Below are positions 63,856 to 64,000 of a stretch of DNA of 64,000 nucleotides, piece after piece. Every line of letters starts with the position of its first letter. Position 1 is the first letter of the stretch. Source of the DNA: Lama glama (Eukaryota); the NCBI GenBank assembly GCA_028534125.1, contig CM052817.1, positions 64,420,001-64,484,000 on the forward strand, in the 5' to 3' direction. The position numbers and the translations under genes were made by a program. The notes under the pieces are model-generated. The model saw only the letters and a list, made by a program, of their open reading frames with translations, did no database searches and was not told the origin of the DNA.

Positions 63856-64000
63856 AAAAAAAAAAAAAAAAAAAAAAACAAACAGTTTACTTTTATTTCA
63901 ACAACTTCAATAAAGTCAAAGCAACATACTAATGCAATGTCTAAAATTTTTCATTCCTGTGGTCAGAAAAATTATTTTACCCACAAATGGAATAATGTCA
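63856..64000 (-). terminator. Candidate polyadenylation region of an unidentified minus-strand gene
   Basis: Minus-strand AATAAA (63897-63892) followed by GU/U-rich sequence (ctgtttg then T23); the upstream sequence is repeat-free, AU-rich and UTR-like. Confidence 0.4.

Noticed and set aside
63856..63878. A23 run as the tail of a processed pseudogene
   Set aside because: No TSD or upstream ORF seen; better explained as a simple A/T tract.
1..64000. CRISPR arrays, operons or prokaryotic defence systems
   Set aside because: The sequence is mammalian, with no regularly spaced repeat-spacer arrays or gene-dense blocks.

Overview
Mammalian genomic DNA, most likely camelid (alpaca, llama or camel). 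This is inferred from six copies of a short tRNA-derived SINE of the vic-1 type plus Cetartiodactyl-type L1 3' ends. The window is intergenic or intronic and dominated by repeats: L1 fragments of many ages, L2, MIR, MaLR LTRs (MLT1), MLT2, MER21, and Tigger1 and Charlie DNA transposons. It has one 500-N scaffold gap. I find no intact protein-coding gene: every listed ORF is either repeat-derived or not recognisable. The last ~150 bp may be the 3' end of a minus-strand gene that lies beyond the window. Most notable observations: (1) a decayed class III-like ERV segment at 58.3-59.6 kb (minus strand) with an integrase core keeping exact D-X35-E spacing, followed by a splice acceptor and an env-like CxxC start; (2) two local templated duplications, one inverted (~130 bp, 11-12 kb) and one direct (108 bp, 97% identical, 52/54.5 kb); (3) an internal L1 ORF2 piece with no tail but an 18-bp TSD, and a poly(A)-only insertion with a 17-bp TSD; (4) a CpG-rich solo LTR next to a SINE whose tail became about (GGAA)53; (5) a complete LTR-int-LTR MLT1F-like element; (6) a near-perfect SOX-OCT composite motif. 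I cannot support a claim of a new biological system from sequence alone. Repeat subfamily names are recalled from memory of consensus sequences, were not database-checked, and boundaries of old elements are approximate.
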